Shown piece after piece: positions 1 through 8,916 of a stretch of DNA of 64,000 nucleotides (within the stretch, counting starts at the first letter, position 1; every line of letters starts with the position of its first letter). The position numbers and the translations under genes were made by a program. The notes beneath the pieces were generated by a model that saw nothing but the letters and a program-made list of their open reading frames with translations, had not been told where the DNA came from and searched no databases. Source of the DNA: Vulcanimicrobiota bacterium (lineage in GTDB: Bacteria > Vulcanimicrobiota > Xenobia > Xenobiales > JADMJV01); contig JBFWNU010000001.1 of the NCBI GenBank assembly GCA_050250895.1, positions 3,251,557-3,315,556 of the forward strand, in the 5' to 3' direction.

Positions 1-1288
1 CCTCTCGGCGCCTTTGCGGCTCGGCGGTTTTGCACAAAGCCCAGGCCCGGCTGGCGGCGGCGAGTTCGACTTGCCCCGGAGGGACTCGACGCTTCGCGTC
101 GTAACTCTTGCGCGGCTGCGCCGCTCGTCAGAGGGGAGGGCTCGCTGCGCTCGCCAGAGAGGAGCGCTGGCTGCGCCAGCGAGGAAGGAGCGGCCTCCGG
201 CTAACGCCTCGGCCGGGAGAGGAGCGAAGCTCGCTGGGCTCGCTTCGAGTTTTGAGGGACTCGACGCTTCGCGTCGTAACTCTCGCGCGGCTGCGCCGCT
301 CGGCGTAGCACGCTGCCGAATGGCCCAGGCTATAAGCCGCAAAGGCGCAGAGGTGTGGCCGGCTGCCTGGTGGTGTCTCCGCGGGTCGATGGCCGTGGCT
401 CGTCCAATTGGGTTCAGGTCCGGCCAGATGAGCGGATTTTTCGAAGAGGCGCCTACGTCTCAGTCTATTTGCCCAACCCAAAACTATATGAGCCTCCGCC
501 AACCTTCCAGGTACCCTACCTCCGCGCCCACCGCGTATCTCCGCGGTTTCTCAAGTTCGAGGGCGCACCCATCAAGATCCAGGTCCCTCTCGGCGCCTTT
601 GCGGCTCGGCGGTTTTGCACAAAGCCCAGGCCCGGCTGGCGGCGGCGAGTTCGACTTGCCCCGGAGGGACTCGACGCTTCGCGTCGTAACTCTTGCGCGG
701 CTGCGCCGCTCGGCGTAGCACGCTGCCGAATGGCCCAGGCTATAAGCCGCAAAGGCGCAGAGGTTTGGCCGGCTGCCTGGTGGTGTCTCCGCGGGTCGAT
801 GGCCGTGGCTCGTCCAATTGGGTTCAGGTCCGGCCAGATGAGCGGATTTTTCGAAGAGGCGCCTACGTCTCAGTCTTATTTGCCCAACCCAAAACCCAGG
901 TACCCTACCCTCCGCGCCCACCGCGTATCTCCGCGGTTTTCTCAAGTTCGAGGGCGCACCCATCCAGATGCATGTCCCTCTCGGCGCCTTTGCGGCTCGG
1001 CGGTTTTACACAAAGCCCAGGCCCGGCTGGCGGCGGCGAGTTCGACTTGCCCCGGAGGGACTCGACGCTTCGCGTCGTAACCCTGCGCCGCTCGCCCCGG
1101 CTGATTCGGCAGCTGAGGCGCCTACGTCTCAGTCTCAGTTGCCCAACCCAAAACCCAGGTACCCTACCCTCCGCGCCCACCGCGTATCTCCGCGGTTTTC
1201 TCAAGTTCGAGGGTGCACCCATCAAGATCCAGGTCCCTCTCGGCGCCTTTGCGGCTCGGCGGTTTTACACAAAGCCCAGGCCCGGCTG
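1..1288. repeat. Non-coding mosaic tandem repeat of palindromic (REP/BIME-like) blocks; probably continues left of the window
   Basis: Block CCTCTCGGCGCCTTTGCGGCTCGGCGGTTTT recurs at 1, 586, 977 and 1236. Hairpin block GAGGGACTCGACGCTTCGCGTCGTAAC occurs four times. An inverted copy AGCCGCAAAGGCGCAGAGG lies at 335-353. Indels between copies break every reading frame. Confidence 0.85.
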
Positions 1289-1329
1289 ATTTGGCAGCAC
1301 ACTGCCAAAGGGCCAGCTCGCCGCGACGT

Positions 1330-3096
1330 TTAGATGGTCTGCGAGCGAAACATCAGGGCGTAGAGGCCATCGGCGGCTAGAAGCTGTTCGTGGTTGCCCT
1401 GTTCGACTACCCGGCCTTCGTGGAGCACGATGATTTTGTCGACGTTTTTCACGGTGGCCAGGCGGTGGGCGATGATGAGGGCGGTGCGGCCTTCCAGCAG
1501 CAGCTCGAGGGCTTCGTTGATGGCCGCTTCGGTCTTGCTGTCGATGCTGGCGGTGGCTTCGTCGAGGATGAGGATGCCGGGGTCGCGCGCCAGGGCCCGG
1601 GCGAACGACAGGAGCTGGCGCTCGCCCTGGGAGAGGTCGTTGCCGCCCTCGCCGATTTCGTGGTCGAGGCCTTTTTCGAAGCGGTTGACCACCTGGTCGG
1701 CCCGGCTCACGCGCAGGGCTTGTTCGAGACGCTGCTCGGAGAGGTCGGTGAACAGGGTCAGGTTGCGACGCACGTCGCCCGAGAAGAGGAAGAGGTCCTG
1801 GTGGACAAAGCCGATGCGGCTGCGCAGGTCGGCCACGTTCCAGTCCTCGAGCGATTGGCCGTCGACCTCGATGCGGCCACCATCGGGAGCGAGGGGATAG
1901 AAGCCGAGCAAGAGGCCGGTGATGGTGGATTTGCCCGAGCCGGTGGGGCCGACCAGCGCCACCTTCTGGCCGGGTTCGACCTCGAAGCTGACCTCGTGTA
2001 GAACCGGTTTCTCCGGGTCATAGGCAAAGCTGACCTGGTCGAAGCGCAGCGAGCCGGTGGGGTCCGGTCTTGCGCTGGGGCGGTCGAGGCCGGGTTCGGG
2101 CGGGCTGTCGAGGATGCGAAAGAGGCGCTCGGAGGCGATCACTGCCTTCTGGAAGACGTTGAACTTCTCGGCCATTTCCTGCAGGGGCGAAAACAGCATG
2201 CGCAGGTAGAACAGAAAGGCCACCAGGCCTCCCATGGTCAGGTCTCCTTCGAGAATCTGGCGGCCGCCGATGATGAGCACCAGGGCGCTGGCCAGGATTT
2301 CCGAGATGGCGAAGGCCGGACGGAACATGGCCTGACGGTGGATGATGTTCATCTCGTTGGTGTAGCACTCATGATTGAGCAGGGCGAAGCGCTCGCGCAT
2401 GACTTTCTGGGCCGACAACGACTTGATGATGGTGATGCCCTGGACGGTTTCTTGGAAGAAGGCGTTGACTCTAGCCAGCAAGACCCGCAGTTCGCGATAG
2501 AGTTCTTGCGAGACGCGCTTGAACCAGAACGTCAGAGCCACCAGAAAGGGGCAGAGCAGAAAGAGTATGGCGGTCAGACCGGGCTCGAGATAGAGCATCG
2601 CCAGGAGGATGCCGAAAAAGAGGAAGAAGTCGGCCAGCCCCGAGGCCAGCACGTTGGTGAAGAGTTCGGCCAGGGCATTGGTGTCGTTGGCGACCCGGGT
2701 GACCAGCCGGCCCACGGCGTTCTGGTCGAAGAACTTGATGGGCAGGCGGTGGAACTTGGCCCAGATGCGGGTTCGCATGCTGCGGACGACTCCCTGGCCC
2801 ACCCGGTTGAGACCCAGGGCGGTGGAGTATTCGATCACTAGTCCGGCCAGCAGCAATCCGATGTAGACGAGGGCCAGGTGCTGGAGGCCCTCGAGCCGGC
2901 CGGCGGTGGCTCCGGCGGCAACCATGAATCCGTCGATGCCGGCTCGGACCACCTGGGGCAGGGCCACTCGCACCATCGACGAGGCCAGCGAGCCGGCCAG
3001 GCAGGCAAACAGCAAGCCACGGCCAGTCAAGCTCTCGCTGAGCAGACGCCGCAGGTTGGCCCAGGCGGCTGGGCGTTCCAGGCGTTCTTCATCCAT
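1330..3096 (-). CDS. ABC exporter, fused permease/ATPase (MdlB-like)
   Basis: N-terminal TM domain, Walker A GPTGSGKS, signature LSQGERQ, Walker B ILILDEATASID. Confidence 0.93.
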   Translation of the reverse strand: MDEERLERPAAWANLRRLLSESLTGRGLLFACLAGSLASSMVRVALPQVVRAGIDGFMVAAGATAGRLEGLQHLALVYIGLLLAGLVIEYSTALGLNRVGQGVVRSMRTRIWAKFHRLPIKFFDQNAVGRLVTRVANDTNALAELFTNVLASGLADFFLFFGILLAMLYLEPGLTAILFLLCPFLVALTFWFKRVSQELYRELRVLLARVNAFFQETVQGITIIKSLSAQKVMRERFALLNHECYTNEMNIIHRQAMFRPAFAISEILASALVLIIGGRQILEGDLTMGGLVAFLFYLRMLFSPLQEMAEKFNVFQKAVIASERLFRILDSPPEPGLDRPSARPDPTGSLRFDQVSFAYDPEKPVLHEVSFEVEPGQKVALVGPTGSGKSTITGLLLGFYPLAPDGGRIEVDGQSLEDWNVADLRSRIGFVHQDLFLFSGDVRRNLTLFTDLSEQRLEQALRVSRADQVVNRFEKGLDHEIGEGGNDLSQGERQLLSFARALARDPGILILDEATASIDSKTEAAINEALELLLEGRTALIIAHRLATVKNVDKIIVLHEGRVVEQGNHEQLLAADGLYALMFRSQTI

Positions 3097-4822
3097 GCCC
3101 GACGCCCTCCAGATTCTGTAGGCGATAGAGGTCTCGATAGAGACCCGGACGGCTGATGAGCTGGCGGTGGGGTCCGTGGTCGACTACGCGGCCGTGGGCC
3201 AGTACCAACACCGTCTCGAGTTCGCTCACCGCCGAGAGGCGATGGCTGACGATCAGGCGGGTGCGCGGGGCCCCCTGGCGCCAGCTTTCCAGGATACGAT
3301 GCTCGGTTTGGTGGTCGACCGCCGAGAGAGTGTCGTCGAGCAACACGATGGGACACTCCTTGAGGAGGGCTCGGGCCAGGCACAGGCGCTGGCGTTGGCC
3401 GCCCGAGAGCGAGATGCCGCGCTCGCCCAGCAGGGTTTGGTAGCCCTTGGGAAAGGCCAGTACTTCAGCCTCGAGAGCGGCCCTGCGACACACCTCTTCG
3501 AGCTCTTCGAAGGGCACCTCGGCGGCGGCCAGGCGAAGGTTGGCCTCGATCGTGTCCGAGAAAAGGAAGGCCTCTTGCGAGACCCAGGAAAACTGGGCGC
3601 GCAACTGGGCTAGGTTCATGGTGGTGATGTCGACCCCGTCCAGGAAGATGGTCCCGGGCGGCGGCTCGAAGAAGCGATTGAGCAACAGCAGCAGGGTCGT
3701 TTTGCCGCTGCCGACTTCGCCCACGATACCCAGGCTGTGACCGGCCGGCAGGGTGAACGACACGTCGCGCAGGGCCGGTTGGTCGGCTTTGGGATAGGTG
3801 AAGGTCAGGTTGCGCACCTCGAGTTGGCCGGCAAAGTCATGCTCGATGACCGGCAGAGGGATCTCCTCGGGAAGGTCCAGTAGATTCTGCACGCGGTTCA
3901 TCGACACCGCCCCGCGCTGAATCAAGACGAACATCCAGCCGGCCGCGATCATGGGCCAGGTGAGCTGGGCCAGATAGGTGGTGAAGGCGGCGAAGGTTCC
4001 CACCGTGGTCAGTCCGTTGACCACCCGGGCACCGCCAATGAGCAACAACAGGGCCGTGGAGCTGCCGGCGAAAATCATGATCAGCGGGCGGAAAGTGGCG
4101 TCGGTGCGGACATAGGCCATGTTGAGGGTGAAATATTCCTGGTTGAGACGCTCGAAGTCGCGGTTGTCGCCGTCGGCGGCTCCGGCCGCCCGCAGCACCC
4201 GCATGCCCTGGATGCTCTCGCGGACTTTCTCGGTGAGGCGCTCGAAACTGGCCTGGACTCCGTCATACAGATGATAGATGCGGCGCAGGGCAAAGCCCAT
4301 CACCAGCCCCAAAATGGGGAGCGGCAAGATGGCCCAGAGCGTCAGCCGCCAGTCGAGCCACAGCATGGCCGAGATGGTCATGGCGCTGAAGAACAACGAG
4401 TCGAAGAGAGCCAGCAGTCCGAAGGCCAGCGCTTGTTTGATTGAATCGACATCGTTGGTGGCCAGGGCCAGAAACTCGCCGATACGGGTCTCCTGGTGTT
4501 GGCGGGTCGACAGGGCCAGAGCCTTTTCTAGGATGGCGTTGCGGATCTCGACCTCGGCCAGCCGCGAGGCGCTCATCAAGAAGTGACGCCACCACACCTT
4601 GGCCACGAAGCTGGCCGCGGCCAGACCCACCAGAATCATGCCGGACCGGGTCAGTCCGGGGGTGGTGGCCTCCCCCAGACTGAGGGCGTCCACGGCCTCC
4701 TTGACCACCAGCGGCACGAACAGCTGGGCTACGTCGGCGCCGATGACTCCCAACAAGCCGAGAAAGACCAGCCACCGCCGCTGCCACAGGTGGCGACCCA
4801 GGCCTTTGAGTCCCTCACTCAT
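3089..4822 (-). CDS. ABC exporter, fused permease/ATPase (MdlA-like, degenerate site)
   Basis: GEVGSGKT, LSGGQRQR, LLDDTLSAVD. Start set at MSEGLKG (ATGA overlap with the upstream gene) rather than the ORF-track start. Confidence 0.92.
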   Translation of the reverse strand: MSEGLKGLGRHLWQRRWLVFLGLLGVIGADVAQLFVPLVVKEAVDALSLGEATTPGLTRSGMILVGLAAASFVAKVWWRHFLMSASRLAEVEIRNAILEKALALSTRQHQETRIGEFLALATNDVDSIKQALAFGLLALFDSLFFSAMTISAMLWLDWRLTLWAILPLPILGLVMGFALRRIYHLYDGVQASFERLTEKVRESIQGMRVLRAAGAADGDNRDFERLNQEYFTLNMAYVRTDATFRPLIMIFAGSSTALLLLIGGARVVNGLTTVGTFAAFTTYLAQLTWPMIAAGWMFVLIQRGAVSMNRVQNLLDLPEEIPLPVIEHDFAGQLEVRNLTFTYPKADQPALRDVSFTLPAGHSLGIVGEVGSGKTTLLLLLNRFFEPPPGTIFLDGVDITTMNLAQLRAQFSWVSQEAFLFSDTIEANLRLAAAEVPFEELEEVCRRAALEAEVLAFPKGYQTLLGERGISLSGGQRQRLCLARALLKECPIVLLDDTLSAVDHQTEHRILESWRQGAPRTRLIVSHRLSAVSELETVLVLAHGRVVDHGPHRQLISRPGLYRDLYRLQNLEGVGHG

Positions 4823-7800
4823 CGTGGCTTCACCGAGCCAGCCAGAGAGCAGGTGAGAGACTCGAGCCAATCCAGCTCCTGCTCGTTGGTGAATTGCTCG
4901 AGTTCGGCGTTGACCAGACCGACCAGGTAAGTGCACAACATCAAGACGGCGTTGGGGTCCTGTTCGTGATGTTCGAGCAGCCACCGCAGATTCGAGTTGA
5001 GCCGATTGAGCTTGAGTTGGGGAACCACCTTGCCCCGGTCGGTGAGGCTGCCGAAGTAGGCCGGGGGCCCCAGGGGCCAGCTGGCCCAGACGGCGCCCAG
5101 GACCAGGTCAGACGACTCGCGGCGGGCCCAGCCGGTTACACTCAATTTGAACTCGCGGCGCAGCCGAACCAGCAGAGCTCTTTCACGATCGGAGCGGGGC
5201 GACTGCTCGGAGGTGTTGAGTCGCTCGAGCGCCGCGCTCACCGTCGACCAGCCCCAGGCGCAGGCGTCGACGAGTCTTTGCACACCTGCGGGACGAGGAG
5301 GCTCATCTAGCCGGCGCAGGTTCTGGCTACCCACCAGGCCGACCATGATCTCCCACTCCAAACTCGCTTCGGGCAAGACCGGCACCAGCCCCTGGTCGGG
5401 CTCGTTGGCGGCGAATGGCGAGTAGACCAGCTCCTTGTTGAGATTGGCTTCGTCCATCAAAGCCAGGGCCGAGGCTCGCCGCCCGCCGGTGAGAAAAAAG
5501 AGCGGCAGCTCGGCCAGTTGGCGGCCCAGAATGCCCGCTTTGGATTTGCCTCCCACTTCGCGTCGTAATTCGAGTAGGGCCCCAAGAAGCAACTGCCGGA
5601 CGGGGCGCGAACGTTGGCCCTGGGCGTAGTCCTGGGCCAGACGAGCATAAATACCCCGGCCGGCCTCTTCTAGTTCCTCCTGGAGGGCGTTAGGCAGTTC
5701 GACCTGATTCGAATCCGGCAGGCGGTTGAACTCGCCTACCACAAAGGCCACCGTCTCGAGAAAAGGTCGGGGCCCGTGCCCCACTGTTTGTCCCTGGGCG
5801 TCTTGCGCCACCAGATAATACTCCTGGGCTCGGCTGGGAATCCCGATCACGCTCCCGCCCGGCAGCTCTCGTTTGATCAGCCAGCCGGAGGGACGCGAGG
5901 GAAGAGAACTCAACTCTGCTTGTAAGCGACGTTCCTGGCGGAGGCGTTCCACCTGACCGACCAGGGCACACTCGGCCAGTCTTGCGATGGCCTCCCAAAG
6001 GCTGGCGGGGGCCACCAGCATCGGCTCGCGAGGCCAGCGCGCCTGAGCGGGCGTCACCACGGGCACCGACTTGCCAAAGAGCTCGCGCAGCTGAGCCAGG
6101 CTGACCAGGCGATCGTCAGAGAGCGTCAACAAAGGAACCTCACGCAAACTCTGCCGGTCCTCGCTGCGCAAGCTCACCTCTGAGGCCACCAGCAGCAGAG
6201 CCTTGAGGGCGGCCGCCCTGGGGACGGAGCGGGCCAGCTCGGCCAGGCACTTTGAAACGGCCTCCATCAGGGCTGGGCGCAGTTTGGCCAGGTTGTTAGC
6301 GGCCGTGTAGTTGTAATTGGGCTGGAGTTTGCCGTGCGAGAACCAGACGCAGCAAGGGGACGGAAAAACCTTCTTCTGCTCTTCGAGCAAGCGGTTCTGA
6401 TACACGATTTTGAGCCAGCCAGTGGCCCGGGAGGTGAGGGCCAGGCGGCCCTGAAAGGGCGCCGGCAGCGAGACCTGGGCCAAGGAGCCCAGAAAAGGGA
6501 TGGTCCACAACTCGGGCGACCTGGACAGAAAATCCTGGCGGGCGGTCAGTTGCGAGACCACCGGGCCGGCCGCTTGCGAGGCAAAGCCCTCGAGAAGGCT
6601 GCTCAGCAGGCTCTCGAGCTTGCGCGACAGCCGCAAGACGGGACGCTCGGGGTGGGTGACCCTGGTGCCCGTTAGTAGATCACCATGCTTCTCGAGCTCG
6701 GTCTGGACCTCGGCCAGAGTAAGCCAGGTGTCGTCGGACGTCTCGACCAACGGGGTGTGCCAGAACAACTCCTTGAGCTGGGGTTGCCGGCTGAGCAGCT
6801 TGAAGATCAGCTTGCGGCGCTCGTGGTCGGGCTTTTTGAGCCGGGACAGCTCTTTCCAGGCTCGCTCTTCGGCTTGGGCTACCACGGCGAGCGCGCGCTC
6901 CATCGTCTGGTCGTCTTCCAGGTCGCTCCAGTCCTGGTTGGGTTTGAAATCGGCGCTCTCGATGACGGCCGCCAGGGGGACCCCGCTCGGCTTGTAGTGG
7001 CGGCTGCCTAGCGCGATCCCCCGGTGGACCAGGCGCAGGTTAGGAGAGAGCTGCCTGGGTAACAGCCCCAACTTGCCCCGAAAACCGTCGGCCTCGACGG
7101 TGACCTCGACCAACCCCGGGTCAGGCAAGTCGAGGTCGGGCTCACCGTCGAGCTGGTCGGCCACCGCGCCCAAATGCTCAAGGCGTTTGCGCTGATCGCT
7201 CAGGTGCTTTCCCAAAAGCAACTGCAACAAGCGGCGCTCGCGCTCGTCCACCAGGGCGACGATTTCGGCCGGCAGGAAATCGGGGGGAAGCGACCGGGTA
7301 TAGTGCTCCAGCAGGACCCATCCACAGCCCCGGGCTTGTAAGTCTTCGAGGCTGCAGGGGCCCTGCAGGCTGGAGAAGATCCGCAGGCGCAAAAAGTGGG
7401 CCGGCAACTTGGAAAGACTGGCCTGATCAGCCATCGCTGTGAGCAGGTGATGGCGCACCGCCGGAAGGTCGGCGTCGAGGCTGGCCTCATCAAGCTCGGT
7501 ATAGAGGTCGCGGGCGGCCCGAGTGAGCTTGTCCAGGGCCTGCTCGAAGCGCTTGTCCTTGGGTCCGCTCCAGTCCGGCTTGAGGTCTAGCCTGGGAAAG
7601 TCGAGCACGGCCGTATAAGACAGATCGTCGTTGGCTTTGTGGGTGCACAGCAGCTTGCTCTGATAGAGGACGTGGACCAGCGAGTCCGAGCCGGCGTCGA
7701 GCGACAGACCGACCTCGCCCCGGCAGGTCTTGAGGTCCACGGGTTTGCGTGCCAGCCAGGCCCCCGGAGGTAAGACGGCCTCACGCGGGCTGTTCTGCCA

Positions 7801-8916
7801 CTGGGTCTGGTTGGCCCGAATGGCAAGTTCTTCGGCTACTCGCGAGGCGGCGTCCTGCAAGCTGCTGCCAAAGTGGGCTTGCAGGGCGGCCAGGACGAAC
7901 GGTTGGCGGGCCAGCAGCACGGTGACCCCCTCGAGGATGACATCCACCCGCCGTTGCGAGAAAAAGAGACTGCCGGACTGGGAGCGCAGCTGGCGCAAAT
8001 CGGCTTTGCTCAGGTACGTGCCCGAGGCCGTCGGAAACAGGGGTATCTCTTCTAGAGCGCGTACTTGCGCCAGTGCCAACAGGAGAAATTTCCAGAGCTC
8101 CGGCTCGGCCGCCAGGTCCGCCTGGCGAGCCAGCGCGAGTAGTTGTTCTTCGGCCGATTGGGCGGCCTTTTCGACCAGCCCCTGGTAGGTGGCGTTCTCG
8201 ACCACGTCGGTGTGCGAGGCGTTGAGCTTGAGCTGGTCACAGACGGCCACGGCCCGATACGGGATGGAGGTCTCTAGGTGGCGTATTCCACAGGTCACTC
8301 CCAGCACCACCAGTTCGAGCCGGGAGCGGTCCGATTGGAGGGCCAGTTCCAGGCCCAGAGAATCGGTCTGCACAGAAGCGCTCAGCCGGCGACCGTTCCA
8401 ACTCAGTTCCAACCGGCAGTGCGAACAGTGCTCTTCCAGCAACTGACGAAGACTGGTCTGGTCGAGGCGCCCGTCAATCTGCAGACGAGCGGACCCGGGC
8501 TCGGTTTTCTCGAGCTTGTCGGGTCCCGCGCCGCGGTGCAGTCGATAGCCGCCGACCTCGAGGGTGATCTGCTGGGGATCGAGTTGTCCCAGGCTGTTGA
8601 GGGCTACGCCCAGGTGGGCCAGGGCGCGTTCCTCTGGCTGGTCGGTCGAGCTGAGCATGAAGTCGTCGAGATTGGCCAGAGCCTCGCCCGGGAGAGCCAG
8701 GTCGGGAAGCTCGAAGGTCAGTTGGCGACTCTCGGCGGTGATGGCGATGCGCGAGGCCCCGCCGGCGACGGCGGCCATCACCACCTCGAGGCCAAAACGC
8801 AGCGGCTCGGTCAGCTGGAATCTGGCCATCTTGGAGCGGGCTTTCTCGACGTCGAGGGTAAACTGGCCCAGCGAGTCGACCGTGCCGCCCTGGCGAAGTC
8901 GTTCGAGCAGGCTCAT
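4819..8916 (-). CDS. 1365-aa protein: degenerate GHKL/Hsp90-like N-domain plus ~5 tandem Hsp90-middle-domain-like repeats
   Basis: Start MSLLERLRQGG at 8916 (ATGA overlap). N-box decayed to FGLEVVMAAV. Recurring P-L-F-x4-G/D-x3-S/T-L-x-E/D-L-like motif about every 630 nt. Confidence 0.75.
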   Translation of the reverse strand: MSLLERLRQGGTVDSLGQFTLDVEKARSKMARFQLTEPLRFGLEVVMAAVAGGASRIAITAESRQLTFELPDLALPGEALANLDDFMLSSTDQPEERALAHLGVALNSLGQLDPQQITLEVGGYRLHRGAGPDKLEKTEPGSARLQIDGRLDQTSLRQLLEEHCSHCRLELSWNGRRLSASVQTDSLGLELALQSDRSRLELVVLGVTCGIRHLETSIPYRAVAVCDQLKLNASHTDVVENATYQGLVEKAAQSAEEQLLALARQADLAAEPELWKFLLLALAQVRALEEIPLFPTASGTYLSKADLRQLRSQSGSLFFSQRRVDVILEGVTVLLARQPFVLAALQAHFGSSLQDAASRVAEELAIRANQTQWQNSPREAVLPPGAWLARKPVDLKTCRGEVGLSLDAGSDSLVHVLYQSKLLCTHKANDDLSYTAVLDFPRLDLKPDWSGPKDKRFEQALDKLTRAARDLYTELDEASLDADLPAVRHHLLTAMADQASLSKLPAHFLRLRIFSSLQGPCSLEDLQARGCGWVLLEHYTRSLPPDFLPAEIVALVDERERRLLQLLLGKHLSDQRKRLEHLGAVADQLDGEPDLDLPDPGLVEVTVEADGFRGKLGLLPRQLSPNLRLVHRGIALGSRHYKPSGVPLAAVIESADFKPNQDWSDLEDDQTMERALAVVAQAEERAWKELSRLKKPDHERRKLIFKLLSRQPQLKELFWHTPLVETSDDTWLTLAEVQTELEKHGDLLTGTRVTHPERPVLRLSRKLESLLSSLLEGFASQAAGPVVSQLTARQDFLSRSPELWTIPFLGSLAQVSLPAPFQGRLALTSRATGWLKIVYQNRLLEEQKKVFPSPCCVWFSHGKLQPNYNYTAANNLAKLRPALMEAVSKCLAELARSVPRAAALKALLLVASEVSLRSEDRQSLREVPLLTLSDDRLVSLAQLRELFGKSVPVVTPAQARWPREPMLVAPASLWEAIARLAECALVGQVERLRQERRLQAELSSLPSRPSGWLIKRELPGGSVIGIPSRAQEYYLVAQDAQGQTVGHGPRPFLETVAFVVGEFNRLPDSNQVELPNALQEELEEAGRGIYARLAQDYAQGQRSRPVRQLLLGALLELRREVGGKSKAGILGRQLAELPLFFLTGGRRASALALMDEANLNKELVYSPFAANEPDQGLVPVLPEASLEWEIMVGLVGSQNLRRLDEPPRPAGVQRLVDACAWGWSTVSAALERLNTSEQSPRSDRERALLVRLRREFKLSVTGWARRESSDLVLGAVWASWPLGPPAYFGSLTDRGKVVPQLKLNRLNSNLRWLLEHHEQDPNAVLMLCTYLVGLVNAELEQFTNEQELDWLESLTCSLAGSVKPR

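Noticed and set aside
1-1288. CRISPR array, or real proteins among the many ORFs in the repeat
   Set aside because: Units are 50-150-nt blocks with no unique spacers and no cas genes. Indels between copies shift frames and the translations are low-complexity.
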